NCBI RefSeq assembly: GCF_009914755.1
Contig: NC_060926.1
DNA: 64,000 bases
Strand: one strand, 5' to 3'
From: the human T2T-CHM13v2.0 reference genome, Homo sapiens
Under the pieces are notes generated by a model, which saw nothing but the letters and a program-made list of their open reading frames with translations, was not told the origin of the DNA and did not search any database. Each line of letters begins with the position of its first letter. Within the stretch, counting starts at the first letter, position 1. Of the stretch, positions 1 to 13,069 are shown piece after piece. The translations under genes and the position numbers were made by a program.

Positions 1-2190
1 GTTGAGTGCTCTGTGCTGGGGGTCTGCACCAGCCTATAGTCCCTGCAGACTCTCCAGAGCCTGAAGACAGCAATGGCAAGGGTGGTGAGACAGCAAACAT
101 GGCAACATGCCCACTGAGAGCTCTGTGCCAGAAAGTTGAAGTGCTGCTACTGGCTAAATAGCCCTAGTAGAGGGTGGCTGGAGACTCAGGCTGGAAGAAA
201 TGGGATCGGGGACCCACAAAACAAACAGTCTGGCCACTTTTCTGGAGGGTTGCTGCAGTATGTTGGGGGTCAGCTCCAGTCTCTAGTCACCTAAGATTTT
301 CCAGCATCTGAAGGTATCAACAGTGAAAGGTGTGAAACAGCAAAGATAGAGGCCCGCCCCTCCCTCTGTGAGCTCCATCCTAGGGTGGTACAAAATTGAT
401 GCTGGCCCTAACACACCGGCAGGAAGTGGCTGGAGACCCTAGTCAGGAGATCCCACCCAGTGAGGAGGAATGGGATCAGGGACCCACATAAAAATACCAG
501 TTTGGCCACTTTTCTGTAGGGCAGCTGTGCTGTGCTGGGGTCTGCTGCATCCCCTGGTCACCTCAGACTCTCTACAGCCTGAAGGCAACAACATCTAAAC
601 ATGTTTGTTGTTAAACGGCAAAGACAACGGCCTTGCCCTCCCTGTGGGAACTCTGTCTCAGGGAGGTTTGAAACTGCTGCTGGCTGGAAGACACTGGGAT
701 GGGTGGCTGGAGACTCTGGTTGGGAGGCCTTGCCCATTAAGGAGGAATGGGATCAGGGACCTGCTTTAAAAAAGGAGTCTGATCTCTTTTTCTTAGAGCC
801 ATTGCGCTGTGTTGGGGTCCACTCCAGCCACTAGTCACTTCAGACTCTCCAAAGCCTGAAGGCAATAGTGACTAAGGCTCTAAAACAGCAAATATGGTGG
901 CCCACCCCTCCCTCTGGGAGCTCCGTTCCAGGGAGGTATGAAACTGCTGCTGGCCAGAAAACACCAGCAGGGGTGATTGTAGACCTTGGTCAGGAGATTT
1001 TGCCATTGAAGTGAGATCTGGGATGCATGTGAAAAAGCAGTCTGGTCACTTCTTTGTAGAACTGTTGCACTGTGCTAGGGGACCACTCAGTCCCTAGTTG
1101 CTGCCCACTCCCTAGAGCCCAAAGGCAACAATGGCTAAAACTGTGAAAGAGCAAAGATGGCAGTCCATCCCTCTCCCTGGGAGCTCCATCCCAGGGAGGT
1201 TCAGAATCACTGCCAGCTGGAAAATAGCAGTGAGGGTAGCTTGAGACCCTGAGTTGGGAGGTCCTACCCAGTAAGGAAAAGTATGGTCAGGGGCCCAAAT
1301 AAAAAAGCTGTCTGGCCACTTCTCTATAGGTCAGCTGCAATGAAGGCAACAAAGGCTAAGGATGCCACACAGCAAAGATGGCGGCTTACCTCTCCCTCTG
1401 GGAACTCCAAATCAGATGAGTGTAATGCTGCTACTGGTGACTGGCTGGAGCTCCAAGTCAGTGGGTCTTATCCTCTGAGGTGCTACAGAATCAGGGCCCT
1501 CAGACCATTGCTGCCTAGTCCCGTGGATTCAGTCATTTTCCTATGGGTATGTATGGGGGTCTAAGCCCCTACTCTGCCAGAGCTGTAGCCACTTTTGCTG
1601 GGAAGCCTGGGTATCTAAAGCTCCTGGGTCTCCATGTGTGCCTGAGCATTTGCTCTACTAAGACTCTGCATAGCTGTGTGTGTCAGCCTGAAAGCCCTTG
1701 TGAAGTGGGTTCATGAGGGGCTCTCCTGACCTGAGAGTTGCAGATATCCTTGGAAGAAGTGTGGATCCTTGGGGTCCCTCATTCACTCATTACTTCCCTG
1801 GACAGTGGAGTCTCCCCTGGCTCCATGTTACTTTCAGGTCAAGACTCCGCATAGCTCTGTGTGTCCACCTGAAGGCCCTTGTGAAGTGGGTTCATGAGAG
1901 GCTCTCCTGACCTGAGAGTTGCAGATATCCATGGAAGAAGCCTGGGTCCCTCATTCATTCACCACTTCCCTGGACAGTGGAGTCTCCACTGGCTCCATGT
2001 TGCTTTCAGGTGGGCAATCGTCTTGCCTTGCTTTTCTCCACTCTCTGTGGGTCAAATTGTTTGCTTGATGAATCTGAATGCATGTACCTGGATGTTTCAG
2101 TTGAAGGTGCTGTGTTTACTCACCCGTTCTATTTCTGTCCATGAGAGTGGTGCACACTAGCTGCTTCTACTCGGCCATCTTGGCCAGCCC
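1..2190 (-). mobile_element. LINE-1 5'UTR of an older primate family (L1PB/old L1PA-like) with tandem ~270-bp monomers; element continues left of the window
   Basis: The reverse complement of the segment ending at 2190 reads GGGCTGGCCAAGATGGCCGAGTAGAAGCAGCTAG, the typical L1 5' terminus with its YY1 site. The motif tgggatc.ggga...tctggccacttt recurs at about 201, 471, 748, 1015 and 1283. Confidence 0.8.
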
Positions 2191-2199
2191 CATCCCTCC

Positions 2200-3135
2200 A
2201 TTAAATCTTAAAGCTCCAAAATAATCTCCTTTGACTCCATGTCCCATATCCAGGTCACACTCATACAAGGGGTGGGCTCCCTAAGTCTTGGACACCTCCA
2301 CCCCTGTGGCCTTGCAGGATTCAGCCCCTGAGGCTTCACTCACAGGTTGTTGAGTGCCTGTGGCTTTTCCAGATGCAGGGTGCAAGCTGCCAGTTGATCC
2401 ACCAGTCTTCTGCCTAGAGGAGGGTAGCTCCCTTCTCTCAGCTCCATTAGGCAGTGACCCGATGACAACTCTGTAAGGCCTTTTCTTCATTGTCTTGAAT
2501 ATTAGCATGGAACATCCTTTTAGTTAGGCAGCTATCTCTAGCAAGTGGTTGATTCACAGCCTGCTTGAATTCTTCTCCTGAAAAAGCTTTTTCTTTCTCT
2601 GCCACATGGCCAGTCTGCAAAGTTTCCCAACTTTAATGCTCTCCTTCCATTTTAAATATAAGTTTCCACTTTTAGTTATTTTTTTTTTTTTACTCCCTCA
2701 TCTAGGCATAGGCTGTTAGAAGGAGCCAGGCCACATCTTGAACACTTTCATGCTTAGAAACTTCTTCTACCAGATACTCTAAATTATTACTCTTTTGTTC
2801 AAACTTCCACAGTTTGAACAAAACTGGGCATGAACAGAATGCAGCCAAGCTCTTTGCTAAGGTATAACACACATGATCTTTGCTCCAGTTCCCAATAAGT
2901 TCCTCATTTCCATCTGAGATCTCAGCACCCTAGAGTTGATTGTCCGTAATGCTGTCAGCATTTTGGTCACAACCACTTAACCAGTCTCTAAGAAGTTCCA
3001 AGTGTTCCCTTGACTTTGTATTTTCTTCTGAGCCATCTAAAGTCTTCCAACCTCTGCCCGTTGCCCAGTTGCAAAGCTGCTTCCACATTTTTAGGTATAT
3101 TTATAGCAATGCACCACCCCTCGGTACCAATTTTC
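2200..3135 (-). mobile_element. MaLR internal sequence (MST-int/THE1-int like)
   Basis: Contains aaatcttaaagctccaaaataatctcctttgactccatgtc and ends ggtaccaattttc directly against the LTR, as MaLR internals do. Confidence 0.8.
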
Positions 3136-3561
3136 TGTATTAGGCTGTTCTTGCATTGCTATAAAGAAATACCTGAGAATGGGCAATTCATAAAGAAAAG
3201 AGGTTTAATTGGTTCATAGTTCTTCAGGCTGTACAAGCAGCATGGCACAGGCATCCACTCAGCTTCTGGGGAGGCCCCAGGGAGTTTTTACTCATGGCAG
3301 AAGGCAAAGCAGGAGCATGCACTTTACATGGTGAAACAAAGAGTAAGAGGGAGAGAGTAGAGGGGGTGCTACATGCTTTTAAATAACCAGATCTCATATT
3401 AACTGAGAGCTAGAGCCCACTTATCACCAAGGGGATGGTCCAAGCCATTTATGAGGAATCCACCCCAGTGATCCAAACATCTCCAACAGGACCCCACCTC
3501 CAACTCTGGGGATTACATGCAATATAAGATTTGGGTGGGGACAAACATCCAAACTATATCA
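3136..3561 (-). mobile_element. MaLR LTR (MSTB-like), 5' LTR of the element
   Basis: tgtattaggctgttcttgcattgctataaagaaatacctgag ... ccaaactatatca; 426 bp with TG...CA ends. Confidence 0.85.
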
Positions 3562-3977
3562 ACATCTCTTCATCTGTCTGTTCATTTGTATTCTTTGTAA
3601 TATCCTTTATGATAAATAGGTAAACATAAGTGTTTTCCTGCATTCTATGAACCATCCTCACAAATTAATCAAACCCAAAAACGAGATTGTTGTAACCCTT
3701 GTTTGTAACCCATTGGTCAGATGCATAAGTTACAATCTGCTATTTTTGACTGGCTTCTGAAATGGCAGCAGTTTTCCTCAGCTGAGCCCTCAAACTGTGG
3801 GATCTGATACTCTATCCAGGTAGATAGCATTGAAATTAGACTGACTTATCGGATATCTAGTTGGTATCCTGGAGGATTGCTTGGAATGTGGGGGAAAAAA
3901 CTCACATATCTGACCACAGAAGTGTTCTATGTTGAGTGAGAGTATAGTAGGGAAAAACAGTTTGTATTCTCTTATAC
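3562..3977 (+). mobile_element. MER21-like LTR, 3' portion
   Basis: catctcttcatctg...tttgtaatatcctttatgataaa...caaattaatcaaaccca...ctgtgggatctgatactctatccaggtagatag resembles MER21. Confidence 0.6.
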
Positions 3978-4244
3978 AAAAACAAAATAAACATGAATAA
4001 ATTGAATCTACATAAATAAAATTTGATAAGGAGAGACCTTTACAGTTTGATCATTAGCTTTCATTTACGAATTCTTCCACTTAATGCTCTGATTTTTTAG
4101 TTTGCAATTTTTTCTCCATGGCTGGGGCTTTTCAGTTCCCGTTACATCTCTGTGAAGATTTTTAGTCCTGTTTGTCCATGAGAAGTTAATAACCACCTTT
4201 ACTGAATAAACAGACTTGCATCTAGTGTTTAAAAAGGGACCACT

Positions 4245-4551
<307 letters not shown>

Positions 4552-4885
4552 AAAAAGGGACCACTGTGCAGAGTCTAACAACAGTGCCCTAACTTTAATG
4601 AGGCAGATCCTAATTATATTTAGTTTCAGAAGGTTGTAATATTTTTTCTTGTGGCTAAAACTTGGGTATGTCAAATAATTGATAAAGTAGGATTTTTAAA
4701 AACTTTTACCATGGATTTTTATTGTAGCAATATTTAAAATGCATTTTTAGACTTTAGGATTGCCTAAATGAAACTATTCATATAACAGTTTTGTTGGTAA
4801 CATACAAGGTTGGAAGAGGAAAAAGGTTTAGCATTTTCCACATTGAACAGTTAAGAATAGAGATCTGCATAAAAATTGTTACCAT

Positions 4886-5306
4886 TACTATGGTTTGAAT
4901 GTTTTTGCCTCCTCCAAAACTCATGTTGAGGTTTAATTCCTAATGCAACAGTGTTGGTGGGCGGGGCCTAAAGGGATGTGTTTACATCATGAAGGCTGTG
5001 CCCTCATAAATGGATTAATGACATTATAAAAAAGGTTTGCAGGAGTGGTTTTTCTCTCTTTCATTATTCTGCCATGTAAGGACACAATGTTTGTTCCCAC
5101 TTGCGTTCTGCCATCCACTACAGGAGGATGCCATAAGAAGACTGACACCAGATGCCCAGGTTCTGATGTTGGACTTCCCATCCTCTAGAGTTACGAGAAA
5201 ATACATTTCTGGTTTTTTGTTTGTTTTTTTTTGTTTGTTTGTTTTTTTTTTGTAAATTACCCACTCTCAGGTATGCTGTTACAAGAGCACAAAACAACCT
5301 AAGACA
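4886..5306 (+). mobile_element. MaLR solo LTR (MSTC/MSTD/MLT1A-like)
   Basis: tactatggtttgaatg...ccaaaactcatgttga ... taaattacccactctcaggtat...ctaagaca. Confidence 0.75.
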
Positions 5307-6904
5307 CCTAGGATACAACTGCTGTGCAAAATGACCTTTTTTCATCTGTGTGACTTCACATTTCCTCACAGATGTTACATGAGTCTGTCTACTCTATTGG
5401 GCATAAACATCTATAACTCACTGTATTACCTTTCAACTGCATAAATGGTGCTCAAAGACATTTAAACATCATGGCCAATCTGGTTTCAAGATGATGCACA
5501 TATTTTGAAAGTGAGACGTTATGTTTATGACTCCAGCAAAAAAATACTATATTACCATTCAAAAATGGCACTGCCTTTTTGAGTGTACAATGTTATTAAA
5601 ATATCTCCTATTACCATTTTCCTACAGGGCAAAAATAAATAGGCAAGGAAAATGTGTTCTCCTAGGAATTCCCTTTTCTCATTTCCATGGAAAATTCACA
5701 CTATTCATATAAAATGTATTTGTTTTCTGTTCAGGCTGGAGTGTGTCTTACCCCGATTCAATGACATCCATTTAGCTGACTTCATGCTTAACTGCATATC
5801 CTAGGGCTATGGTAATTTGCACACCCTCTGCCTTTACAGGATGCTGCAGGTCAAATTGTGCTTGTTGACAGAAAATGAAACAAAGACGTGCTGCTCCCCA
5901 CCAACTCTATGCTCATGGTCTGGGCCTGGACCATTGTGCATATTTGTTCATTGGATGAGGAAAGGCACTCTAGAGGATATAAGAATAGGCAATATGATCA
6001 TTAAGTAGAAAATGGAGAGTCCACTTTTAGAGGGCAAGATTGTGTTCCTACATCCTGGCAACTCCTTACTACCCATTCCCAAGCACCTGATACATTGATC
6101 TACATATAATACTTGCTTACAACATGATATAATGGCTTTAAAGAGAAACAAAATTCCAACTGATATTTTGAAAATAAAATACTACACTGAATCCATATTC
6201 TCCCTCCTTTTATCTTTAACTGACTTACCATTAGTTCCATACATGCCTTAAATTCTTTGTTCTTTTATGGGTGTATATATTTAGATTTTATTCTAAGTAG
6301 TACTGTCTTTAACTTGTATAATTTTTAATGTCCTATTTAATATTTTATTTGATTCTGGCAACCACCCTATCTCCCCTATAACATGAGTATTTTAGAACTA
6401 AAGTCTTTGTCTTATTTATCTTTGTAACAACAGTGCCTAAGAGACTACTTGACATTGTAGGTTGTCATTCTAACTGCTGAATAAAAACTATGAACAAAAT
6501 ACTAAATGAATGGGTGAATCAATTTCATTGGAACATCAGGAAGTATGTCATCACAGCAGGTTTGCTTTTGAATTCAACTCCACTAACTAATGAGAAGTAG
6601 GCCAAAGAATTCTTTCTTATGAGAGAAAGCAAATAAGCGGATTAGGTTAAGTCTATTAACTTAAAAATTGCAACAACAATAAAAAATCTCCAGGAGAGGA
6701 AGAGCAAATAGACCAAGTAAAGTCAGAAGGTCGGAATATTGGAGTAGAGAAAAACAAACCCACTCAACAGAGAGGACAAATACCGGTAGGGCTCGAGGCA
6801 TTTTGCTCTCAAGAGATTGTAGTTAAGACAATGAGTAGGAATTATAGTCACCAGAAGAGATGAGTCACCAAAAGGAGAAGAAAAGAATACTTTTTGTTTG
6901 TTCG

Positions 6905-7665
6905 CTATTTCCATTATTTGGAAACAAACTATCACCAACTTAGGTTCTGCAGGTCAGAATTCTAGGTACCCTATAGCTAGGTTCTCTGTGCAGAATTTTA
7001 CAAGGCTTAAATGAAAGTGTGAGCCAGACTGACTTCTCATCCGGAGTTCAGGGTCCTTTTCCTAGCTCCTTGGTTGTTGGCAGAATTCAGTTCCTCAGGT
7101 TTGTAGGACTGAGGTCCAGTGTTCTTGCTGACTGTCAGTGGAGGGGTCACTCATCTCTTTGAAGCTGCCTCAAGTTTCTACCATATGGCCTTTCCCACAA
7201 CATAGCATGTTGTGTCTCCAAGGTCAGCAGGAGATCATCTGCTGCGGCTTCTTGTTTCTTTACTTTTTTTTTTTTTTTTTTTTTTAATTTTTGAGACACG
7301 GTTTCACTCTGTCACCCAAACTGGAGTGCAGTGATGGGGGGATCACAGCTCATTCCCGGCTGGGACTTCTGGCCTCAAGTAATCCTCCCACCTGGTCATC
7401 CAAAGTGCTGGGATTAAAAGTGTGAGCCACTGCTCCTGGCCACTTGTTCTTTTAAGAGCTTATCTGTTTGATGAGGTACACCTAGCCAATCTCCCTTTTG
7501 ATTAGACTATAATTATATCAACAAAATCCCCTTTGCCATTACTTAGCCACATCACTAAATCATATCCCACATAGTCACAGGTATACCGAATTCAAGGGGA
7601 GAAGATTGTACAGGGTATGTACAACAGGGGAAAGAATCTTGGGAGCCACGCTAGAACTCTGCCTA
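6905..7665 (-). mobile_element. MLT1 (E/F-like) LTR interrupted by a short Alu
   Basis: gttgttggcagaattcagttcctc...gtaggactgaggtcc and terminal agaactctgccta are MLT1 hallmarks. Confidence 0.7.
7264..7441 (-). mobile_element. Short, old Alu (monomer-length; FLAM-like or internally deleted AluJ)
   Basis: poly(T), then gagacacggtttcactctgtcaccca...ccaaagtgctgggatta...gagccactgctcctggcc; about 180 bp. Confidence 0.8.
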
Positions 7666-7742
7666 GGGGAGAGAGTGAATAGTTAATACCCAAGAAGGGG
7701 AGAAAACAAGTTACAGAAAAAAAAATAAAGTGAGAAATGTTT

Positions 7743-7924
7743 AAAAGACTTCCCAATATTTGAATGATAGCTGTTGTTGATTCCCAAAGATTCAATAAGA
7801 GAAATGTCAGACTTGGGGCTGGGCAGAGGTGAACAGAAGCAGCCTCATAGAGGAAGACAGCAGAAAAAGAAACTTAATAATTTTCCAAAGGATGATGGTG
7901 ACTTGTCAAGAGACGTATTAAAGG
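7743..7924 (+). repeat. 182-bp direct repeat, copy 1
   Basis: Matches 8247-8428 with about 7 substitutions and no gaps. Confidence 0.95.
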
Positions 7925-7934
7925 CTTTAAAATG

Positions 7935-8428
<494 letters not shown>

Positions 8429-10289
8429 AAAGAAGTCACAGAGTGTTTACCTAGTGATCACATTGGGAGAACTATCATTATAAAATTACTGGGGATAACT
8501 CTGAAAGACATGTTGGCAGTAATTCAACTTCTGAAGATTAAATAGAAGTTTTAGACGTGGGATAATAAAGGATGTTTTGAAAGAAATATAGTTCATAAAA
8601 AAAATTCACCAAATTGCTGGTTTGATTATGCAGAATTATAGTGATAAAAACTACATGAATGCTATTCAGAAATGGAATGACTGCCAGAAAAGACAAAAAT
8701 GAATGACTAAAAAGGCACTAGCAATGTCATAATTTTCAGCTACACAAGAATGAGGTGAAAATAAAAACTATAAGTAAAAGCACTAAGAAAAAGTTTGAAG
8801 TGTCATGTAACGCAAGGTGTTAATTCTTGATATTGATGGGTGCATTCCACTGGCTGTGTCTGAGACATCTGCGGGGAGCCTTTTCCCTAAATAGAGAGGT
8901 TTAAGCTGATACATAGGGCTGCCAAAGGTAAACAACAGGGTATTTTTAATGTGAATGCTTTAAATATGGAGAGGAGAAACAAAATGCACAGGTGCAGAAA
9001 CAATATTTTAAGCCAATTACATGACATCAAAGGGCATATTTAGTCCAATAGCTTAGTCATAGCTGTAACGACTAAAAGAAAAAAATAGAAAAGAATATAT
9101 ATGTGGAATAAAAAAGGGAAAGTCCACATTTTTTCCCAGAAGACATAGTTTGACTTGAGAGGTTGCTCCCCATGTCACTGAAAACAGAGCCAGTGGAGTT
9201 CAAGTTGATGCAGAGAACACTAACAGTGGGGCTCAGGATGACGAAAAAGCTAAAAAAATTCCAGAGATATGTGCATTATCAAATTGTCATGCACTTAATT
9301 CTCAGGTAAGAGTTCTTAAACTAGGAGACTAACATGAAGGAAAGTAGAAAACATTCAGAAGCTTGAGAAATGGTGACCGAGAAAGGAGAGGAAAAGCATT
9401 GAAAAGGTAAGTTCTAAATGAATGTCATGGAGCAATATGCATTAAAACAAAGTAAATAAGTGTTGTAAATGACAAGAGGACAGAATAGAAGCGATTAACA
9501 GAAATAATGAAAAGGGCCATAGAGTAGAAAAGAAGAGAAATAAAAATATTATTTCTTAGAAAGGTAGCATTCTGGCCAAGGACAGTTTCTTATCGAAGTT
9601 GCATTTTGTCTCCTGCTGTCTTGCCAGTCTCCACTTCTACCTCTTGAGCTGCTGCTGAAGCCAGTGTCTTCTTGTCCTTATCTCTCAAACCTCTTCTCCA
9701 AATCTGCCTTTCTTGGGAAATACTAAAAATAAATTTGAAGGACTCTATTTTATCAGAATTAAGTTGGTTTTTTTGTTGTTGTTGCTGGAGAGGAACCTGG
9801 TGAACTATTTCAAATAGTGATGCTGTCTGATAAAGCTTAATGAGATTTCCCCTCAGGAAACTGTACATTGTGTTACAAGGGAAGGAATTCCTAAGGGTGG
9901 GATTTTCAGGCAATGATAAATAGCAAATGGCTGATTGGGGATGATAGGCCTTCCCATTTCTATTAAAATTAAGCTACATGTATAACTGCCTAGTCATCCT
10001 GCAAATACAACTATTTTTTTAAGGTTTGCAGGAAAAGTTTGGGTCTTATAATTATCACTTATTTGGACCATGCACGTTATCAGCTGTCATCATAGAACAA
10101 AGCCAAGGCTAAATAGGTGTTGCTAATAGTTTTATTTCCATCCTAGTTTTGACAAATATTTATTGAAGGATCTGCTATGAGTTCAATAGTATTCTTGATG
10201 TTAGAGACAAAATAGGATTGAGTCCTGTTTCTTGCTGCCATGGAGCTCACAACTGAGCAATCTAGCAAGAAAGACAGTTCCGTATACAA

Positions 10290-10457
10290 CTACCACATTT
10301 TAAAATACACATTTTATTTACATTCTTACCACCTCTTAAATCAAGATGCTCCATAAAATCGATCCTAGTTCAATGTGAAGCATTTCTCTTTCATAGTGGT
10401 ATACAAAGTAATGGGGCATGTTACAATCAATGACATCTTACATTTCAGAAATGTAAT
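10290..10457. mobile_element. MER104-like (Tc2) DNA transposon remnant within L2 fragments
   Basis: tagtggtatacaaagtaatggggcatgttacaatcaatgacatcttacatttc resembles MER104; L2-like sequence flanks it (ttgacaaatatttattga at ~10150). Confidence 0.55.
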
Positions 10458-11620
10458 AATTACGAAGAAATTAATGCTACATGAGTCTCACCAAAGAGTG
10501 AAGGAGAAAATAATGTCAGGGGAGTAATGATGAAGATTTAAAAGGATTTCACCAAGCAGGAGGGAGGAGGGATGGAAAGGCCTTCTGGTCATAGGGAAAA
10601 ACAAGAACATACTGCATTTCAATCGTAATACATCGAGTAATTCAGGGTGTTAGTGTATAGAAGACCTTGGAAAAGTGGTATAAGATGAAACTGGAAGGTT
10701 AAGTTGCAATCAGATAGTAAAAATCTTTAAATGACTTTTACTGAATGTTTACAAGCATGAGTGTGATATCATTTATCCGATTTCTTTAGGCTTATTATGC
10801 CTTCTTCATGTCTCAATGATAGTGAGCTTGTATTAATTTTCATGACTGCATGGCAGTTTTAACTAGCTTAAAGGAGGCTTGTAGAAACATTAGCAGTACT
10901 CAAGGTTAAGTTGTTTTGTAAGACAGGTATTGATTTGATTCTTAGCTGGGTGACGTCTTACTCTCAAATAACAAATAAATATATAAAGATGGAGAAGAAC
11001 AGTGATTTTTTTTAAAAAAGTGATTCAATTGAAATGGAGTTTAAAAGCCTGCTTTTCCTTCCCATTTGTGGATTATCCATCCACTATCTGATTTTGCTAG
11101 TATGGGATTTAATCTTTTTTTGAAGACTTAAGTGTGTATGTCCCTCTTCCCCTTTTCCATCTCTAGGAGAAGATGAAAATTATTGCTAATGTTAATATTT
11201 CTTCAGGACAGGAACATGTTTGATAATAGTTTATTATGTTAGTTTTTCCCTTTATTTTCATTAATTCAGAAATCATTCAACCCTAAATTAACAACCCATG
11301 ACTGATTTAGCTCTTACAGTCACTTTTCTGGCTCCACTAGCCAGATTATTTCTTTATCCAAGAACCATGAGAAGTGCTTGGTTTGTGTTAGGCTGGCATG
11401 TTCTAGACAGCTGGCTGTCAGTACAGTGTAGTATGAACGCAATGTTCAGACTCAAGCCTGGGCTGCACAGCAGAGGCATCCTGTTGGCTGTGGGTAGGTG
11501 AGGGCAGCCACTTGGCAGCCACTGGACAGAAAGAAGCTAGCAGAGTGCAAGAGCTCTGAGGCACATTAACATATATTAATTCCATAACACATTTGTTCTA
11601 CCACCAGTTTCATCAAAGCA

Positions 11621-12494
11621 TGCAGGCTGGTTATTAGGCTATTACCTCTCCTCTCCAAATCCACCCTTTTTTTTTTTTTTTTTTTTTTTTTGAGACAGGG
11701 TCTTACTCTGTCACTCAGGCTGGAGTGCAGTGGCATGATCATAGCTCACTGTAGCCTCACACTCCTGGGATCAAGCAATCCTCCTGGCTCAACCTCCTCA
11801 GTAGCTGGGACTTCAGGTATGCATCATCATGCCCACCTAATTTTTTATGTTTTGTAGAGATGGGGGTCTCGCTATATTGCCTAGGCTGCTCTCAAACTCC
11901 TGGACTCAAGTGATCCTTCCATCTCAGCTTTCCAAGGTGCTAGGATTACAGGTGTGAGCCACCACTCTTGGCCCAAGCCCACATTTCTAAACCCAGTTTC
12001 CTGATGCTGGCCTGGGACTCTGCAAACACATGTGTGTTTTTCCATCTAGCTTCCTGTTAGGCGTTCAACTGGGGTGATAGAGTGAGCCTGCAAGGTTGGA
12101 GGAATGAGAAAGACAGTCTTTCCTGCCTTTATCCTCCCTGATTGCTGTTCTAGTTGCGGTCATGCCAGCAAGCACTTCTTTATCCCAGCAGCAACAGTTC
12201 TTCCCATAGATGCAAGTGAATGCAAAGAGGTCTGGGCCCCAGTCTCAGGCATCCCTTCTCTAAATTCCTATGTTTTATATTACTCTGAGCTTGTTCCTCT
12301 ATTCTCTAGTGATGGTAGCAATTTTCTGATAACTTGGGGGGTTTTTTATTTGCTTTATTTTCTTTTTCCCCATTGGTTACCTACTTAATAATTTTATGCC
12401 TAGTTAATTCTTTTTTATATTAAATTTTTCATATTAGATTTTCTCTATTTAAATCACTGGTGTGTTTTCTATCCCCTGACTAGACTGGCTGATA
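11621..12494 (+). mobile_element. LTR33-like (ERVL) solo LTR interrupted by an AluJ
   Basis: ctccaaatccaccct...tgatgctggcctgggactctgcaaac...gcttcctgttagg, ending cctgactagactggctgata. Confidence 0.65.
11667..11973 (-). mobile_element. AluJ
   Basis: poly(T), gagacagggtcttactctgtc...atcatagctcactgtagcctc...ctcaagtgatcc; AluJ-type positions. Confidence 0.9.
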
Positions 12495-13069
12495 TTGTGT
12501 CAGTGATCTGTATCTAGTACCTATATCTCAGTTTGCAAGCTTATTTGTTTTACATCAAGGTTAGGACTTTGATATTTATAAGAAATATGATTAAGTAGGT
12601 TAGAGAAACAATTTCATGCATGTCCCCTTCACATTACTTGTGAGGAGTTCAAGGATAGCAATAAATGTAAGCATCAACCCTGCCCTTTTCTTTTTGGGCA
12701 ATTTCTCACTTATTCTGGTTTCCTTCTACCAAAGAGAATGCCTTGTTTGGCATTCTTACATTGCCTGTACTAATTTCTTAGATTTTCCTGTGGTAGAGCT
12801 TATAATAAGACTGCATTAATGTCCTAATATCTAAAATACATGCTAGATTTATTATATTTCAACTTTAGCTCATTAAATTGGATATACTTGTCAAGATTTA
12901 ATAGATGACATAAAATGTTAGATATCAAAATTATAGCTAAATTTAAAAACATTAACAAATAACACGCATAATAAGTATATAGCTCAACAAAAATATTACA
13001 TGTAAAAAATAGGCTTTTTAAAATAAGAATGAGATTGAAATGTGTTCAAAATTTCTATATGAATTTGAG

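Noticed and set aside
1-2011. Regularly spaced repeats resembling a CRISPR-like or satellite array
   Set aside because: Whole units are homologous with no unique spacers, they lie inside an L1 5'UTR, and there are no cas-like genes.
8480-9400. Possible ancient CR1/L3 fragment
   Set aside because: Too degenerate to call by eye.
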